A stretch of 64,000 bases of DNA, taken from positions 96,001 to 160,000 of IMG/VR virus record IMGVR_UViG_3300020416_000001. One strand, given 5' to 3'. Made by a program: the position numbers and the translations under genes. This DNA is from a virus. How positions within the stretch are numbered: the first letter of the stretch is position 1; every line of letters begins with the position of its first letter. The notes under the pieces were generated by a model. The model was not told where the DNA came from. It was given only the letters and a program-made list of their open reading frames with translations, and searched no databases. Positions 1 to 10,419 of the stretch are shown here, piece after piece.

Positions 1-782
1 AGGCACAGAAGATCATTGACATCGCTGCAACTCGTAAGGATTGCTTGGCATTCGTTTCACCTTCACGTAACGACGTGATCGGTCTTAGCGATACCAACGT
101 GATTGTTAACAGAACTATTGATTACTTCAATAAACTCTCTAGCACATCATACGCAGTCTTCGATAACAACTACAAGTACATTTACGACAAGTACAACGAT
201 AAGTACCGTTACATCCCTTGTAACGCTGACCTTGCAGGTCTAACACTTAGCGCAACTCTTAACTCAGAAGCGTGGTTCTCACCTGCAGGATTCAATAGAG
301 GACAGTTGAGAAATGCAATCAAACTTTCTTACTCACCTCTTAAGGATCACAGAGATAGATTGTATGCTGCTCGTGTTAACCCAATCGTAGCATTCCCAGG
401 TCAAGGCATCGTACTATTCGGTGACAAAACTGCTCTTGCTTACCAATCAGCATTCGACAGAATCAACGTTCGTCGCTTGTTCTTGGTACTCGAAGATGCT
501 ATCTCTGAAGCAGCAAAGACTCAACTGTTCGAATTGAACGATGAGTTCACACGTGCTTCATTCAAGAATATCGTGGAACCATTCCTACGCAGTGTTCAAT
601 CACGTAGAGGAATTATCGATTTCTTAGTTGTCTGCGACAGCAGCAACAACCCACCTGAGGCGATTGATAGAGGTGAGTTCTTCGCGGAGATCTTCGTGAA
701 ACCAACACGCTCCATCAATTTCATCACCCTAACATTTACTGCTACTAGAACTGGTTCTAGTTTCAGTGAAGTAACATCCTGA
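1..782 (+). CDS. gp18: Tail sheath protein gp18, C-terminal part (5' truncated by the window)
   Basis: WFSPAGFNRG, FDRINVRRLF and IKPTRSINFI-like motifs; precedes gp19. Confidence 0.97.
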   Translation, partial: AQKIIDIAATRKDCLAFVSPSRNDVIGLSDTNVIVNRTIDYFNKLSSTSYAVFDNNYKYIYDKYNDKYRYIPCNADLAGLTLSATLNSEAWFSPAGFNRGQLRNAIKLSYSPLKDHRDRLYAARVNPIVAFPGQGIVLFGDKTALAYQSAFDRINVRRLFLVLEDAISEAAKTQLFELNDEFTRASFKNIVEPFLRSVQSRRGIIDFLVVCDSSNNPPEAIDRGEFFAEIFVKPTRSINFITLTFTATRTGSSFSEVTS

Positions 783-810
783 TTCAAGAGTCTAACTAGG
801 AGTTAAAACA

Positions 811-1488
811 ATGGCAGAACAACAACCAGGACAGGTGGAACAGAGCGCAATCCGCGCTCCCATCTTTTCCTTTAGGGATCAAGTCAAAGACTTTGCCCGC
901 CCCAATCTATTCCAATGCGAAATCTATGCACCCCCAATCCTACAGGATGGGGTAGCACCACAATCAGGTGGTGTTCTAGGATCTTCATTGGATACCGTCG
1001 AGAATGACGCAGGTGGATCACAACTTAACGCCTCCGAAGCATCCGCATTCGGTACCTTCCTTGTGAAGGCAGCAAACATTCCTGCATCAACTATTGGTGT
1101 TGTGGAAGTACCTTACAGAGGAAGAATCCTCAAGGTTGCAGGCGACAGAACATTCGAACCTTGGACTGTTACCGTATTGAACGATCAGTCATTCAAGTTC
1201 AGAGCGTTCTTCGAGTCTTGGTCAACAAACATTCAAGCACTACAGCAGAACTTCCAAAACTCTAACACCATCGCTGACTATCAAGCAATGGCAAAGGTTA
1301 GACAGATGGATAGAAAAGGTAAGATCATTCGTACATATAAGTTCGAAGGTATCTGGCCATCTAACATTTCTGCAATCGATCTTGACTGGGGAACCAACGA
1401 TACACCTGAGGAATACACAGTGGAATTCCAAGTTCAATACTGGACTTATGACACTGATGTCAATACAGGAAACAGTGATTCTGTTTAG
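811..1488 (+). CDS. gp19: Tail tube protein gp19
   Basis: ARPNLF, VPYRGR..K.AGDRTF, EEYTVEFQVQYW. Confidence 0.95.
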   Translation: MAEQQPGQVEQSAIRAPIFSFRDQVKDFARPNLFQCEIYAPPILQDGVAPQSGGVLGSSLDTVENDAGGSQLNASEASAFGTFLVKAANIPASTIGVVEVPYRGRILKVAGDRTFEPWTVTVLNDQSFKFRAFFESWSTNIQALQQNFQNSNTIADYQAMAKVRQMDRKGKIIRTYKFEGIWPSNISAIDLDWGTNDTPEEYTVEFQVQYWTYDTDVNTGNSDSV

Positions 1489-1505
1489 TAGGGTTTTAGA
1501 ATCCG

Positions 1506-1513
1506 TATAAATA
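1506..1513 (+). promoter_or_regulatory. T4-type late promoter TATAAATA
   Basis: Exact gp55 consensus upstream of gp20. Confidence 0.85.
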
Positions 1514-1539
1514 GTTGGGATAGAAATTCTAATAATTAG

Positions 1540-3168
1540 ATGTCCCAACTTTTTGGTTATTCTCTTGAACGTGCCAAGAAGGACTCTGCGAAGGGTCCTT
1601 CTTTCGTGCGTAGAGAGTCAGATGATGCAGCGACACCAGTTGCAGGTGGTGGGTATTTTGGTACCGCCATCGATCTTGATGGAACATACAAAGACGAAAA
1701 TGATCTGATTCGTCGATACCGCGCTATGTCGATCCACCCTGAGTGTGATCGTGCTATTGATGATGTGGTTAATGAAGCAATCGCAGGTGAGTTAGATGAT
1801 ACTCCTGTTGACGTGGAGTTATCAAACCTCAAAGTCAGTTCCGCTATCAAGAAAAAGATTAGAGAGGAGTTCTTCAATATCCTCCGTCTTCTTGACTTTG
1901 ACAAGAAAGCATATGATATTTTCCGTCGTTGGTATATTGATGGAAAAATTTATTATCATAAAATGATTGATACCAAGAACCCTAGAGGTGGTATCACAGA
2001 ACTTAGATATATTGATCCAAGAAAAATCAGAAAGGTAATCGAACTAGAGCGTCCGAAGGATTCGGCAAAGTTCGTAGACCCTAGGACAATGGAAGCACAG
2101 ATTGCTCCTAAGTCCGCAGAGTATTACGTTTACAATCCTAAAGGTCTCCGAGCAATGGAGACTGCAGGTATCAAGGTTGCTCCTGATGCTATCGCTTTTG
2201 CCCACAGTGGGTTGAAGGATATGAACAAGAATGTGATTATGTCACATTTGCACAAGGCAATCAAAGCACTCAATCAACTTAGAATGATTGAAGACAGTCT
2301 TGTAATCTACAGACTATCACGTGCACCAGAACGTAGAATTTTCTATATCGATGTTGGTAATCTTCCTAAACAAAAGGCAGAGCAATACCTCCGCGAGGTT
2401 ATGTCACGTTATAGAAACAAATTAGTTTACAACGCAGACACAGGAGAGATCCGAGATGACAGAAAATTTATGTCAATGCTCGAAGATTTCTGGTTACCCA
2501 GAAGAGAAGGAGGAAGAGGAACTGAGATTACCACACTCCCAGGTGGACAGAATCTTGGTGAACTTGAAGATGTTAAGTATTTTCAGAAGAAACTTTATAG
2601 GGCGTTGAATGTACCTGAGTCACGTCTTGAATCAGAATCAACATTCAACCTAGGTCGCGCAGCAGAGATCACACGTGACGAGATTAAGTTCCAAAAGTTC
2701 GTAACTCGTTTGCGTAAAAAGTTCTCTGAACTTCTCCACGATCTCCTGAAGACTCAACTAATCCTGAAAGGTGTCATCTCCATTGAAGAGTGGGATGATA
2801 TGTCAGAGCACATTCAGTATGACTATGTTGCTGACAACTATTTCTCTGAACTTAAAGAGAAAGAGATCCTTACAGAGCGTCTAAACCTAGTTCAGACAAT
2901 GGATCCTTTCGTTGGCAGATACTTCTCCGCTGAATATATCCGTCGTCAAATCCTGAAACATACTGATTCAGAGATGGCGGAAATTGATGAGCAGATTGAA
3001 AAAGAGATCGAAGAAGGCAAGATCCCTGATCCTGCAGCGGTTGATCCTATGACAGGCGAACCTCTAGCAGGTGGAGAAATGGGAATGGAAGGTGAACTGC
3101 CCGAAGAGGAAGGTCCATCTGGCATTGAGTCTATCCCTCCTGCAGACTATAAACGCGGAGAATTCTAA
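1540..3168 (+). CDS. gp20: Portal protein gp20
   Basis: YRLSRAPERRIFYIDVGNLPK, EDFWLPRREGGRGTEI. Confidence 0.98.
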   Translation: MSQLFGYSLERAKKDSAKGPSFVRRESDDAATPVAGGGYFGTAIDLDGTYKDENDLIRRYRAMSIHPECDRAIDDVVNEAIAGELDDTPVDVELSNLKVSSAIKKKIREEFFNILRLLDFDKKAYDIFRRWYIDGKIYYHKMIDTKNPRGGITELRYIDPRKIRKVIELERPKDSAKFVDPRTMEAQIAPKSAEYYVYNPKGLRAMETAGIKVAPDAIAFAHSGLKDMNKNVIMSHLHKAIKALNQLRMIEDSLVIYRLSRAPERRIFYIDVGNLPKQKAEQYLREVMSRYRNKLVYNADTGEIRDDRKFMSMLEDFWLPRREGGRGTEITTLPGGQNLGELEDVKYFQKKLYRALNVPESRLESESTFNLGRAAEITRDEIKFQKFVTRLRKKFSELLHDLLKTQLILKGVISIEEWDDMSEHIQYDYVADNYFSELKEKEILTERLNLVQTMDPFVGRYFSAEYIRRQILKHTDSEMAEIDEQIEKEIEEGKIPDPAAVDPMTGEPLAGGEMGMEGELPEEEGPSGIESIPPADYKRGEF

Positions 3169-3194
3169 ATACTAGGTAACGAGAACATTTTATT

Positions 3195-3389
3195 ATGCCA
3201 TCCATTCAAGCACAAGAGATTGTCAACAAAATTTTTTCTGGGAACAAAGATCTCAGTTCAGAGGTTGATGATGCAATGAAAGCGGTTACTGCCGATGCTC
3301 TAGAAGCAAAGAAAAAGGAAATCGCAGGCGGTTGGATGAAACCCGAAACTACAGAGGAACCAAATGAAACTGATCACGGAACAGATTGA
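3195..3389 (+). CDS. Small prohead core-like protein (gp67/gp68 position)
   Basis: 64 aa ORF between gp20 and gp21; CTAAATA late box upstream. Confidence 0.6.
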   Translation: MPSIQAQEIVNKIFSGNKDLSSEVDDAMKAVTADALEAKKKEIAGGWMKPETTEEPNETDHGTD

Positions 3390-4014
3390 AGACGTTCAGA
3401 TCCTCACTGAGGAAAAGAACGGCAAGAAAAATCTATACATAGAAGGAACTTTCTTACAAGGCGAGATTAAAAATCGCAATGGAAGAATGTACCCTATCAA
3501 CACACTCCGTCGTGAAGTTGATAAATATAACGAATCGTTTGTAAAGAACGGTCGCGCACTTGGAGAGTTGGGTCACCCTGACGGTCCTACTGTGAACCTT
3601 GATCGTGTCTCACACTTGATTACATCGCTTGTTCAAGAAGGTAATAACTTCAGAGGCAAGGCGAGAATCCTAGATACCCCTATGGGTAACATCGCCAAGA
3701 ACCTTTTAGGTGAAGGTGTGAAACTAGGAGTTTCCTCACGTGGCATTGGTTCACTCCAAGAAACTCGTGATGGATCAAAAGTAGTTGCTGATGATTTTAT
3801 GTTGGCAACCGCAGCAGATATTGTTGCTGACCCTTCAGCACCAGATGCTTTTGTTAATGGCATTATGGAAGGCAAAGAATGGATCTGGAATAACGGAATC
3901 ATTCAAGAGTCTGAAATTGCAAGTATGAAACAAAAGATTGACAATGCTGCGAACCACAAGATTCTTGAAGAGCGGAAGATTTCCGCGTTTTCAAAATTCT
4001 TAAACTCCCTGTGA
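3364..4014 (+). CDS. gp21: Prohead protease gp21
   Basis: NRNGRMYP, ALGELGHP, GVSSRG.GSL, DIVADPSAPDA. Confidence 0.97.
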   Translation: MKLITEQIEDVQILTEEKNGKKNLYIEGTFLQGEIKNRNGRMYPINTLRREVDKYNESFVKNGRALGELGHPDGPTVNLDRVSHLITSLVQEGNNFRGKARILDTPMGNIAKNLLGEGVKLGVSSRGIGSLQETRDGSKVVADDFMLATAADIVADPSAPDAFVNGIMEGKEWIWNNGIIQESEIASMKQKIDNAANHKILEERKISAFSKFLNSL

Positions 4015-4015
4015 G

Positions 4016-4023
4016 TATAAATA
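4016..4023 (+). promoter_or_regulatory. Late promoter TATAAATA
   Basis: Exact consensus before gp22. Confidence 0.85.
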
Positions 4024-4063
4024 TTTTTACGAATAGCAAAGACTACTAACGGAGAAAACTCTA

Positions 4064-5056
4064 ATGTCACAAGAGAATGAAGTAATGGCATCCGAAGAAA
4101 AGCAGGAAGTCACCGAAGCAAAATTCGACGGTGCTGTTGCTGATGGTTCTTCTTTGGGTGGCGTTGAGGTACTCGGAGGTCCTACACCTCAGAACTCTAA
4201 ACCTGATGATGAGTCTAACAAACTGAAGACTCCATCACAAACCCAGGCAGCATCACCGAAGACAAAACCTTCTGCTGCTTCACCCCAGAAAGCGGAATCA
4301 GTAGAAGCAGAAAACGCTGAAGGAGATGAACTTATCGAAGTTGATCTTTCTGCAGACGTCGCTGCTCTTACAGAAGGCGAAGACCTTTCTGAGGAGTTCA
4401 AACAAAAGGCAGCAACAATCTTCGAAGCTGCTGTAGTCTCTCGTTTGAATGAGGAACTTGATCGTGTTCATAAAGAATACGCCGAGACTCTTTCAGAAGA
4501 GGTCGAAAGTATTAAGTCTTCCCTTGCCGAGCAAGTAGATGAGTATCTTACATATGCTGCTCAGCAATGGATGGACGCTAACCAACTCGCTGTTGAAACT
4601 GGTCTCAAAGCAGAGATCGCAGAGAGCGTAGTTAGCGGACTTAAAAAAGTTTTCGTCGAGAACCATATCGAGGTTCCCGAAGAAAAAGCAGACATCATCT
4701 CTGAGATGGTGACTGAACTTGATTCGATGGAAGCAAAACTCAACGAACAAATTGATAAGAACATTGCCCTCAACCACGAAGTTGCAGGTTATGTTAAGAA
4801 TGGAATCGTGAAGGAGATCGCAGAAGGTCTCGCATCTACCGAGAAGGAGAAACTTGAGTCTCTTTCAGAAGGTGTTGAGTTTGAAGATGAAGAGTCATTC
4901 CGCAGCAAAGTTGAGACTCTAAGAGAGTCGTATTTCAGCAGCAAGCCCCAGGCAGCAGCAGAAACGATTGCTGAGGATGTACAACCTGTTGTGGATACAG
5001 AAATGACGGATTCAATGTCTAAGTACGTTGATGCCCTCCGTCGTTGGACTAAGTGA
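4064..5056 (+). CDS. gp22: Prohead scaffold protein gp22
   Basis: Acidic coiled-coil, LSEEFKQKAATIFEAAV, located between gp21 and gp23. Confidence 0.93.
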   Translation: MSQENEVMASEEKQEVTEAKFDGAVADGSSLGGVEVLGGPTPQNSKPDDESNKLKTPSQTQAASPKTKPSAASPQKAESVEAENAEGDELIEVDLSADVAALTEGEDLSEEFKQKAATIFEAAVVSRLNEELDRVHKEYAETLSEEVESIKSSLAEQVDEYLTYAAQQWMDANQLAVETGLKAEIAESVVSGLKKVFVENHIEVPEEKADIISEMVTELDSMEAKLNEQIDKNIALNHEVAGYVKNGIVKEIAEGLASTEKEKLESLSEGVEFEDEESFRSKVETLRESYFSSKPQAAAETIAEDVQPVVDTEMTDSMSKYVDALRRWTK

Positions 5057-5105
5057 GTTAGTCATTAAACTATTTTTCCCTATAACCTAAAGAGGTAAAC
5101 AAGCA

Positions 5106-6470
5106 ATGTTCAAATCCGAACATCTGCAGGAGAAGTGGTCACCCGTTCTTAATTGTGAGGGTCTTGATTCCATCAAGGACAACTATAAGAAGGCGGTAAC
5201 CGCAATCTTGCTCGAAAACCAAGAATCATTTCTAAAAGAAGAGAGAGGAATCCTTACTGAGGCAGCACCTACAAACTCTACTGGATCTACAAGTTCAGTT
5301 GCAGGTTTCAGTGCAGACGCTACAGCAACTGGTCCTGTCGCAGGTTTCGACCCTGTTCTGATCTCCTTGATCAGACGTTCAATGCCTAAGCTTATTGCTT
5401 ATGACATTGCAGGCGTTCAACCTATGACTGGTCCTACTGGATTGATCTTCGCAATGAGATCTAGATTCGGTACAGACCGTGCTTCAGGTACAGAAGCATT
5501 CTACAACGAACCTGATTCTGACTTCACTGGTAGAGACGCTGCTCAAACTAGTGGATTCGGTTCTTCTACTGCACAGGCAGGTTCAAACCCAGGTCTTCTT
5601 AACGACTCTGGTACATACACAAACGGTACTGGAATGAGAACTGATGAGTCTGAGACTCTCGGTACTGGTTCTAACGCCTTCGCTGAAATGAACTTCAGCA
5701 TTGAGAAAGTTACTGTGACTGCGAAGTCCAGAGCACTCAAGGCAGAGTACAGTTTGGAACTAGCACAGGATCTTAAAGCAGTTCACGGACTTGACGCTGA
5801 ATCTGAGTTGGCAAACATCTTGTCTACTGAGGTTCTTGCTGAGATCAACCGTGAAGTTGTTAGAACTGTTTACAAGATCGCAAGACCTGGTGCTCAGTCA
5901 AACACAGCAACCGCAGGTATCTTCGACCTCGACGTTGACTCAAACGGCAGATGGTCTGTTGAGAAGTTCAAAGGTCTTCTCTTCAACATCGAAAGAGATA
6001 TGAACGCAATCGGGCACGAGACTCGTCGCGGGAAGGGTAACATCATCATCTGTTCTGCAGACGTTGCATCCGCCCTTTCAATGGCAGGCGTTCTTGACTA
6101 CACCCCTGCACTTTCTGGTAACAGCAACCTTCTTCCTGACGACAACTCCTCAACTCTTGCAGGTACGTTGAACGGTAGAATCAAGGTTTATGTTGACCCA
6201 TATTCTGCAAACGTAAGTGACAGACACTTCTACGTGGCAGGTTACAAAGGTAGTTCTGCATATGATGCAGGTCTGTTCTACTGTCCTTATGTTCCTCTCC
6301 AAATGGTTCGCGCCGTTGGTCAGGACACCTTCCAACCAAAAATCGGATTCAAGACAAGATACGGTCTTGTTTGCAATCCATTTGCTGAAGGTACAAATCA
6401 GGGTAGTGGTGCTCTTACTGCTAACGCTAACCGTTACTACAGACGTGTTCTTGTTGACAACCTTATGTAA
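5106..6470 (+). CDS. gp23: Major capsid protein gp23
   Basis: GVQPMTGPTGLIFAMR, KSRALKAEYS.ELAQDLKA.HG, FQPKIGFKTRYG. Confidence 0.99.
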   Translation: MFKSEHLQEKWSPVLNCEGLDSIKDNYKKAVTAILLENQESFLKEERGILTEAAPTNSTGSTSSVAGFSADATATGPVAGFDPVLISLIRRSMPKLIAYDIAGVQPMTGPTGLIFAMRSRFGTDRASGTEAFYNEPDSDFTGRDAAQTSGFGSSTAQAGSNPGLLNDSGTYTNGTGMRTDESETLGTGSNAFAEMNFSIEKVTVTAKSRALKAEYSLELAQDLKAVHGLDAESELANILSTEVLAEINREVVRTVYKIARPGAQSNTATAGIFDLDVDSNGRWSVEKFKGLLFNIERDMNAIGHETRRGKGNIIICSADVASALSMAGVLDYTPALSGNSNLLPDDNSSTLAGTLNGRIKVYVDPYSANVSDRHFYVAGYKGSSAYDAGLFYCPYVPLQMVRAVGQDTFQPKIGFKTRYGLVCNPFAEGTNQGSGALTANANRYYRRVLVDNLM

Positions 6471-6493
6471 GAAGTATATTCACTTCAACACAC

Positions 6494-6519
6494 AGAGACC
6501 CGCAAGGGTCTCTTTTTTT
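6494..6519 (+). terminator. Rho-independent terminator after gp23
   Basis: AGAGACCC-GCAA-GGGTCTCT followed by a T run. Confidence 0.9.
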
Positions 6520-6565
6520 ATGCAGTTTTAATAAATATTGGTAGTTACAATTTGGAGATTTGCCA

Positions 6566-6727
6566 ATGACCCATTACATTGTCGGGTATATGGACCATTC
6601 TCATAACCATCAAGAAATTGGTGTGACAGCAAAAGATTCTTTCGAAGCAAGAGATATTGCAGTAGAAGATGTACCATACATTCACGAACACCCGAACAGC
6701 ATCGATCATATTGGTAAAGTAGAATGA
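6566..6727 (+). CDS. Small His-rich hypothetical protein (53 aa, MTHYIVGYMDHSHNHQ...)
   Basis: GGAG RBS and AATAAATA late box upstream; below the ORF-track cutoff. Confidence 0.7.
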   Translation: MTHYIVGYMDHSHNHQEIGVTAKDSFEARDIAVEDVPYIHEHPNSIDHIGKVE

Positions 6728-6888
6728 ACGGCAGATTAAACAAAGTTGCAATGACCGATAGGTTGTTGAAACTGAAAAGGGAACTCGATTACAAATGTGA
6801 AATCGGGGAGAAAGGAGAGTGGGAATGTAGAGGTGCCAACGATTATCTAAACAAAGTGTTTGACGTTTTAGATGAGTTCTGGCAGTGA
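6724..6888 (+). CDS. Small hypothetical protein (54 aa, MNGRLNKVAM...)
   Basis: ATGA overlap with the previous ORF. Confidence 0.7.
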   Translation: MNGRLNKVAMTDRLLKLKRELDYKCEIGEKGEWECRGANDYLNKVFDVLDEFWQ

Positions 6889-6924
6889 CTAAATAGAGAC
6901 AGGCGAACCCCACTAAAATAGATA

Positions 6925-7485
6925 ATGTCTTTCGAAACGCAAATTAGCAACAGGAATTTCCTTTCTCCAGGTGGGTTTCGCTTTACCTTAGCAAAATATC
7001 CTAAGGTAGCATACTTTGCACAGATGGCAAACATTCCGAACCTCTCGTTAAGTTTGCTTGAACAACCAACTCCATACAGAGACACCTATCTAGAAGGTGT
7101 TATCGACTATGGTCGTTTCAATCTCCAGTTTCTTGTAGACGAGAATATGGAGAACTATTTGATTATGCATAACTGGATGCGTGGTCTTGGTGTGCCTGAA
7201 AGATTCGAGGAGCGTCAACAGTTCATCGAAGCAAATCAGACTAACACCGCCAAGTCTCTAGGACAGGATTTGATTTTCGCAGACGGTACACTCGTTGTAT
7301 TGAACTCTAACTTCCAACCCTTGTATAATGTAGTCTTCAAAAATTTGAAACCAGTGGAACTTAGCACACTAGAGTTCGATGGAACGCTTAGTGACCAAGA
7401 GTATTTCCAAGCAATCGTATCATTTGATTACCTATCATATGAGATACAATCTGTATCTGGTGATAGACAGAAAAACTTAAAGTAA
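6925..7485 (+). CDS. gp3: Tail completion/terminator protein gp3
   Basis: NRNFLSP.GF.F, FLVDENMENY..IHNW-type motifs; synteny. Confidence 0.85.
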   Translation: MSFETQISNRNFLSPGGFRFTLAKYPKVAYFAQMANIPNLSLSLLEQPTPYRDTYLEGVIDYGRFNLQFLVDENMENYLIMHNWMRGLGVPERFEERQQFIEANQTNTAKSLGQDLIFADGTLVVLNSNFQPLYNVVFKNLKPVELSTLEFDGTLSDQEYFQAIVSFDYLSYEIQSVSGDRQKNLK

Positions 7486-7488
7486 ATT

Positions 7489-7911
7489 ATGGCGCTACTT
7501 GAAGAGTTGCAGGAGTCCTGGTCCAAGGACTCTATTTTTAATGAGGCAGATTTGGGAAATGAATCAATAAATATCCCCAGTCTCCACCAAAAGTATCACA
7601 TCTACTACAACAAATATAAACTAATCCTTGAGGATGAGAAACTAAAACTCAAGAGGATCTATCGCGAGCGGTGGTTATGGTACAGCGGAAAGAAAACTGA
7701 TGAGAAAGGTCAGGTGTATGACCTCAAGATATTGAAGGGAGATCTATCTACCTTCCTAGATTCTGATGAGGAGGTACAGAAACAATCTCTCAGAGTCACG
7801 TATTTTGAAACGTGTATAAATTATATTGAGAACATCCTTAAGATGATTAACAATCGCGGATTCCAAGTGAAGAATGCGATTGACGCAAAGAGGTATGAAT
7901 TCCCTATCTAA
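7489..7911 (+). CDS. uvsY: Recombination mediator UvsY
   Basis: IPSLHQKY, NRGFQVKNAI; precedes uvsW. Confidence 0.9.
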   Translation: MALLEELQESWSKDSIFNEADLGNESINIPSLHQKYHIYYNKYKLILEDEKLKLKRIYRERWLWYSGKKTDEKGQVYDLKILKGDLSTFLDSDEEVQKQSLRVTYFETCINYIENILKMINNRGFQVKNAIDAKRYEFPI

Positions 7912-9371
7912 TGGTAACCATTGAAAAAAAGAATGAAGCGTTCTTGAAAATCAAGGCGGAACTCAGCGTACACAAGGAGTTATCAGACTACTTTACGTTC
8001 GAGGTGCCTGAAGCAAAGTTCCTCAAAACCCAGAAGAGATATAAGTATTGGGACGGTAAGATCCGTCTATACTCACCTGGGACTGGAGAGTTACCTTTAG
8101 GATTGTTTCATTATCTTGAAGAATGGTTACAAAAGAAAAATTATTCCTATACAATAGAGGAGAACAAATTCTGTGGCACACCAGGTGAACAAGACACTCT
8201 TATCACACCCGAGGCAGTTAATGGTTTTGTGCGATCTCTGGGTGCTCCTTTCAAGGCAAGAGATTACCAACTACAATCAGTTTACGCAGCACTTCGGCAC
8301 AACCGTAGACTACTATTGTCCCCCACAGGATCAGGAAAATCCTTCATAATCTATTGCCTAATTAGATGGCACCTACAGTTTAAGAGAGAAATATTAATAC
8401 TCGTACCCACAACCTCACTGGTTGAACAACTTTATAAGGACATTGAACAGTATGGATTCTACGCTCGCAATACCATCCACAAAATCTACGCAGGAAGAGA
8501 CCGTTATATCGAGAGTCCTGTTGTCATTTCTACGTGGCAATCTATCTACAAGGAATCTAAAAATTACTTTAATAGGTTTGATGTTGTTATCGGCGACGAA
8601 GCGCACCTCTACAAAGCAAAGTCTCTAACAGGTATTCTCAATAAATGCCACAATGCCAAGTACAGGATTGGATTGACTGGCACCCTTGATGGTATGCAGT
8701 GTCATCAACTGCAACTGGAAGGTGTATTTGGTAAGGTGAATAGTGCTATACGCACAAAGGATCTGCAGAAGAAAGGACACTTGACAGAACTGAAGATAAA
8801 CATTCTGTTGTGTAAGCATAGATATACTCGCTTCGAGGATTATCAGGAAGAGATTAACTATATCATATCCAATGAAAAACGCAACAAGATCATCACTGGT
8901 CTTGCGCGAGACTTACCTGGAAACACACTGGTACTATTCAACTACGTGGAGAAACACGGAGAACCTCTTTACGAAATGATAAATAGTAAAGGAGGAGACA
9001 AACATATCTTCTTTATACACGGAAAAGTTCCTACAGAGGAACGAGAAGAAGCACGCCAGATTTGTGAGAACACCGACAAAGCAATCATCCTTGCATCGTA
9101 CGGTACTTTCTCCACTGGTATCAATATAAAAAACCTACATAATGTGATATTCGCATCTCCATCAAAGTCTAGGATTCGCAATCTTCAGTCTATTGGTAGA
9201 GCATTACGGAAGCACGACTCTAAAGGTCAAGCAACTCTATATGATTTTGCTGATGATATAAGCAATGGTCATTTTCACAATGCAACTTTGAACCATTTAG
9301 TTGAACGTATTCGTACTTACAAGGATGAGAAGTTCGACTATTCAATCACAAAGATCAAACTAGGAGAATAG
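7911..9371 (+). CDS. uvsW: SF2 helicase UvsW
   Basis: SPTGSGKS, DEAH, QSIGRALR. Confidence 0.96.
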   Translation: MVTIEKKNEAFLKIKAELSVHKELSDYFTFEVPEAKFLKTQKRYKYWDGKIRLYSPGTGELPLGLFHYLEEWLQKKNYSYTIEENKFCGTPGEQDTLITPEAVNGFVRSLGAPFKARDYQLQSVYAALRHNRRLLLSPTGSGKSFIIYCLIRWHLQFKREILILVPTTSLVEQLYKDIEQYGFYARNTIHKIYAGRDRYIESPVVISTWQSIYKESKNYFNRFDVVIGDEAHLYKAKSLTGILNKCHNAKYRIGLTGTLDGMQCHQLQLEGVFGKVNSAIRTKDLQKKGHLTELKINILLCKHRYTRFEDYQEEINYIISNEKRNKIITGLARDLPGNTLVLFNYVEKHGEPLYEMINSKGGDKHIFFIHGKVPTEEREEARQICENTDKAIILASYGTFSTGINIKNLHNVIFASPSKSRIRNLQSIGRALRKHDSKGQATLYDFADDISNGHFHNATLNHLVERIRTYKDEKFDYSITKIKLGE

Positions 9372-9372
9372 T

Positions 9373-9810
9373 ATGTCTCTAAATTACATAAAACCTGATG
9401 AAGAATTCTTTGGATGTATGAAACTTACATCTGGAGAGGAACTACTTGGGCGAATTGTTGTAGTAGAGGAGCACAAAGGTTTCTATTGTGCATTCATTCA
9501 AGACCCCGCTAAGGTTCACTCTAGTGAAAAAGTTATTGATGAAAAGCGGGCGGTCGCTGTAGGTCTCAAGAAATGGATGATCTTTTCTGATGAAGATTTC
9601 TTTATCATTCCTGAAGAAAGAATCATAACAATCGCGCCGATGTCGCACGACGCGGTTCTGATGTATAAGTTTTTTTGTAAGCAGGAACTCAAGAAAAATC
9701 CCGACGACCTCCCCGATTCGAGTATTGAACTGACTCAGGAAATGGGTCTGATCGGGAAAGTTGAAGAAGCAAGAAAGAAACTTGAACAACTCTTTAACGG
9801 TAATAGCTAA
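9373..9810 (+). CDS. Conserved cyanophage hypothetical protein, possible Sm-like fold
   Basis: KLTSGEELLG N-terminal motif; position between uvsW and gp55. Confidence 0.7.
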   Translation: MSLNYIKPDEEFFGCMKLTSGEELLGRIVVVEEHKGFYCAFIQDPAKVHSSEKVIDEKRAVAVGLKKWMIFSDEDFFIIPEERIITIAPMSHDAVLMYKFFCKQELKKNPDDLPDSSIELTQEMGLIGKVEEARKKLEQLFNGNS

Positions 9811-9839
9811 GTATATCCTTTGCAACCCTGACAGTGTTG

Positions 9840-9868
9840 ATCATAATTGTTTTAGAGACCAATGTCAA
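9840..9868 (-). promoter_or_regulatory. sigma70-type promoter firing antisense (TTGACA-17-TATGAT)
   Basis: Reverse complement reads TTGACA ttggtctctaaaacaat TATGAT. Confidence 0.6.
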
Positions 9869-9883
9869 GGGTATCAATAGATA

Positions 9884-9912
9884 TTGACGAGAACCCTGTT
9901 CTATGTTATGAT
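9884..9912 (+). promoter_or_regulatory. sigma70-type promoter of gp55 (TTGACG-17-TATGAT)
   Basis: Near-consensus boxes, 17-nt spacer. Confidence 0.75.
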
Positions 9913-9936
9913 TTCATTATGAATTAACCATACCGT

Positions 9937-10419
9937 ATGGCGTTAATGGCACCAAGGCGAACCAAAAATCAGCACTATGTAGATAACCAGAAGTTCCTTG
10001 CTGCTATCGTGGATTACCGCGACCGTGTGGAGATTAGTAAAGTTCGCAATAAACCAAAACCTAGGATCAATGAATACATTGGAGAGTGTTTCCTAAAGAT
10101 CGCTACACACCTTTCATATAGACCTAACTTCATCAACTATATGTACAAGGAAGATATGATCTCAGATGGTATCGAGAACTGTGTACAGTACATTGACAAC
10201 TTTGATCCTGCTAAGAGTAAGAACCCTTTTGCATATTTTACTCAGATCGTTTACTATGCTTTCCTAAGAAGAATTGCTAAAGAGAAAAGACAGATGGATA
10301 TTAAGGATAAGATCATTGAGAAGTCTGGTTTCGATCAAGTATTCCATAGTGATGGTGATGGAGATACCGCTACACTGAATAGTATTAAGTCCCGTATTGA
10401 AATGAACAATCGTTACTAA
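9937..10419 (+). CDS. gp55: Late transcription sigma factor gp55
   Basis: HYVDN..FL, YRPNFINY.Y.EDMISDG, NPFAYFTQI. Confidence 0.96.
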   Translation: MALMAPRRTKNQHYVDNQKFLAAIVDYRDRVEISKVRNKPKPRINEYIGECFLKIATHLSYRPNFINYMYKEDMISDGIENCVQYIDNFDPAKSKNPFAYFTQIVYYAFLRRIAKEKRQMDIKDKIIEKSGFDQVFHSDGDGDTATLNSIKSRIEMNNRY

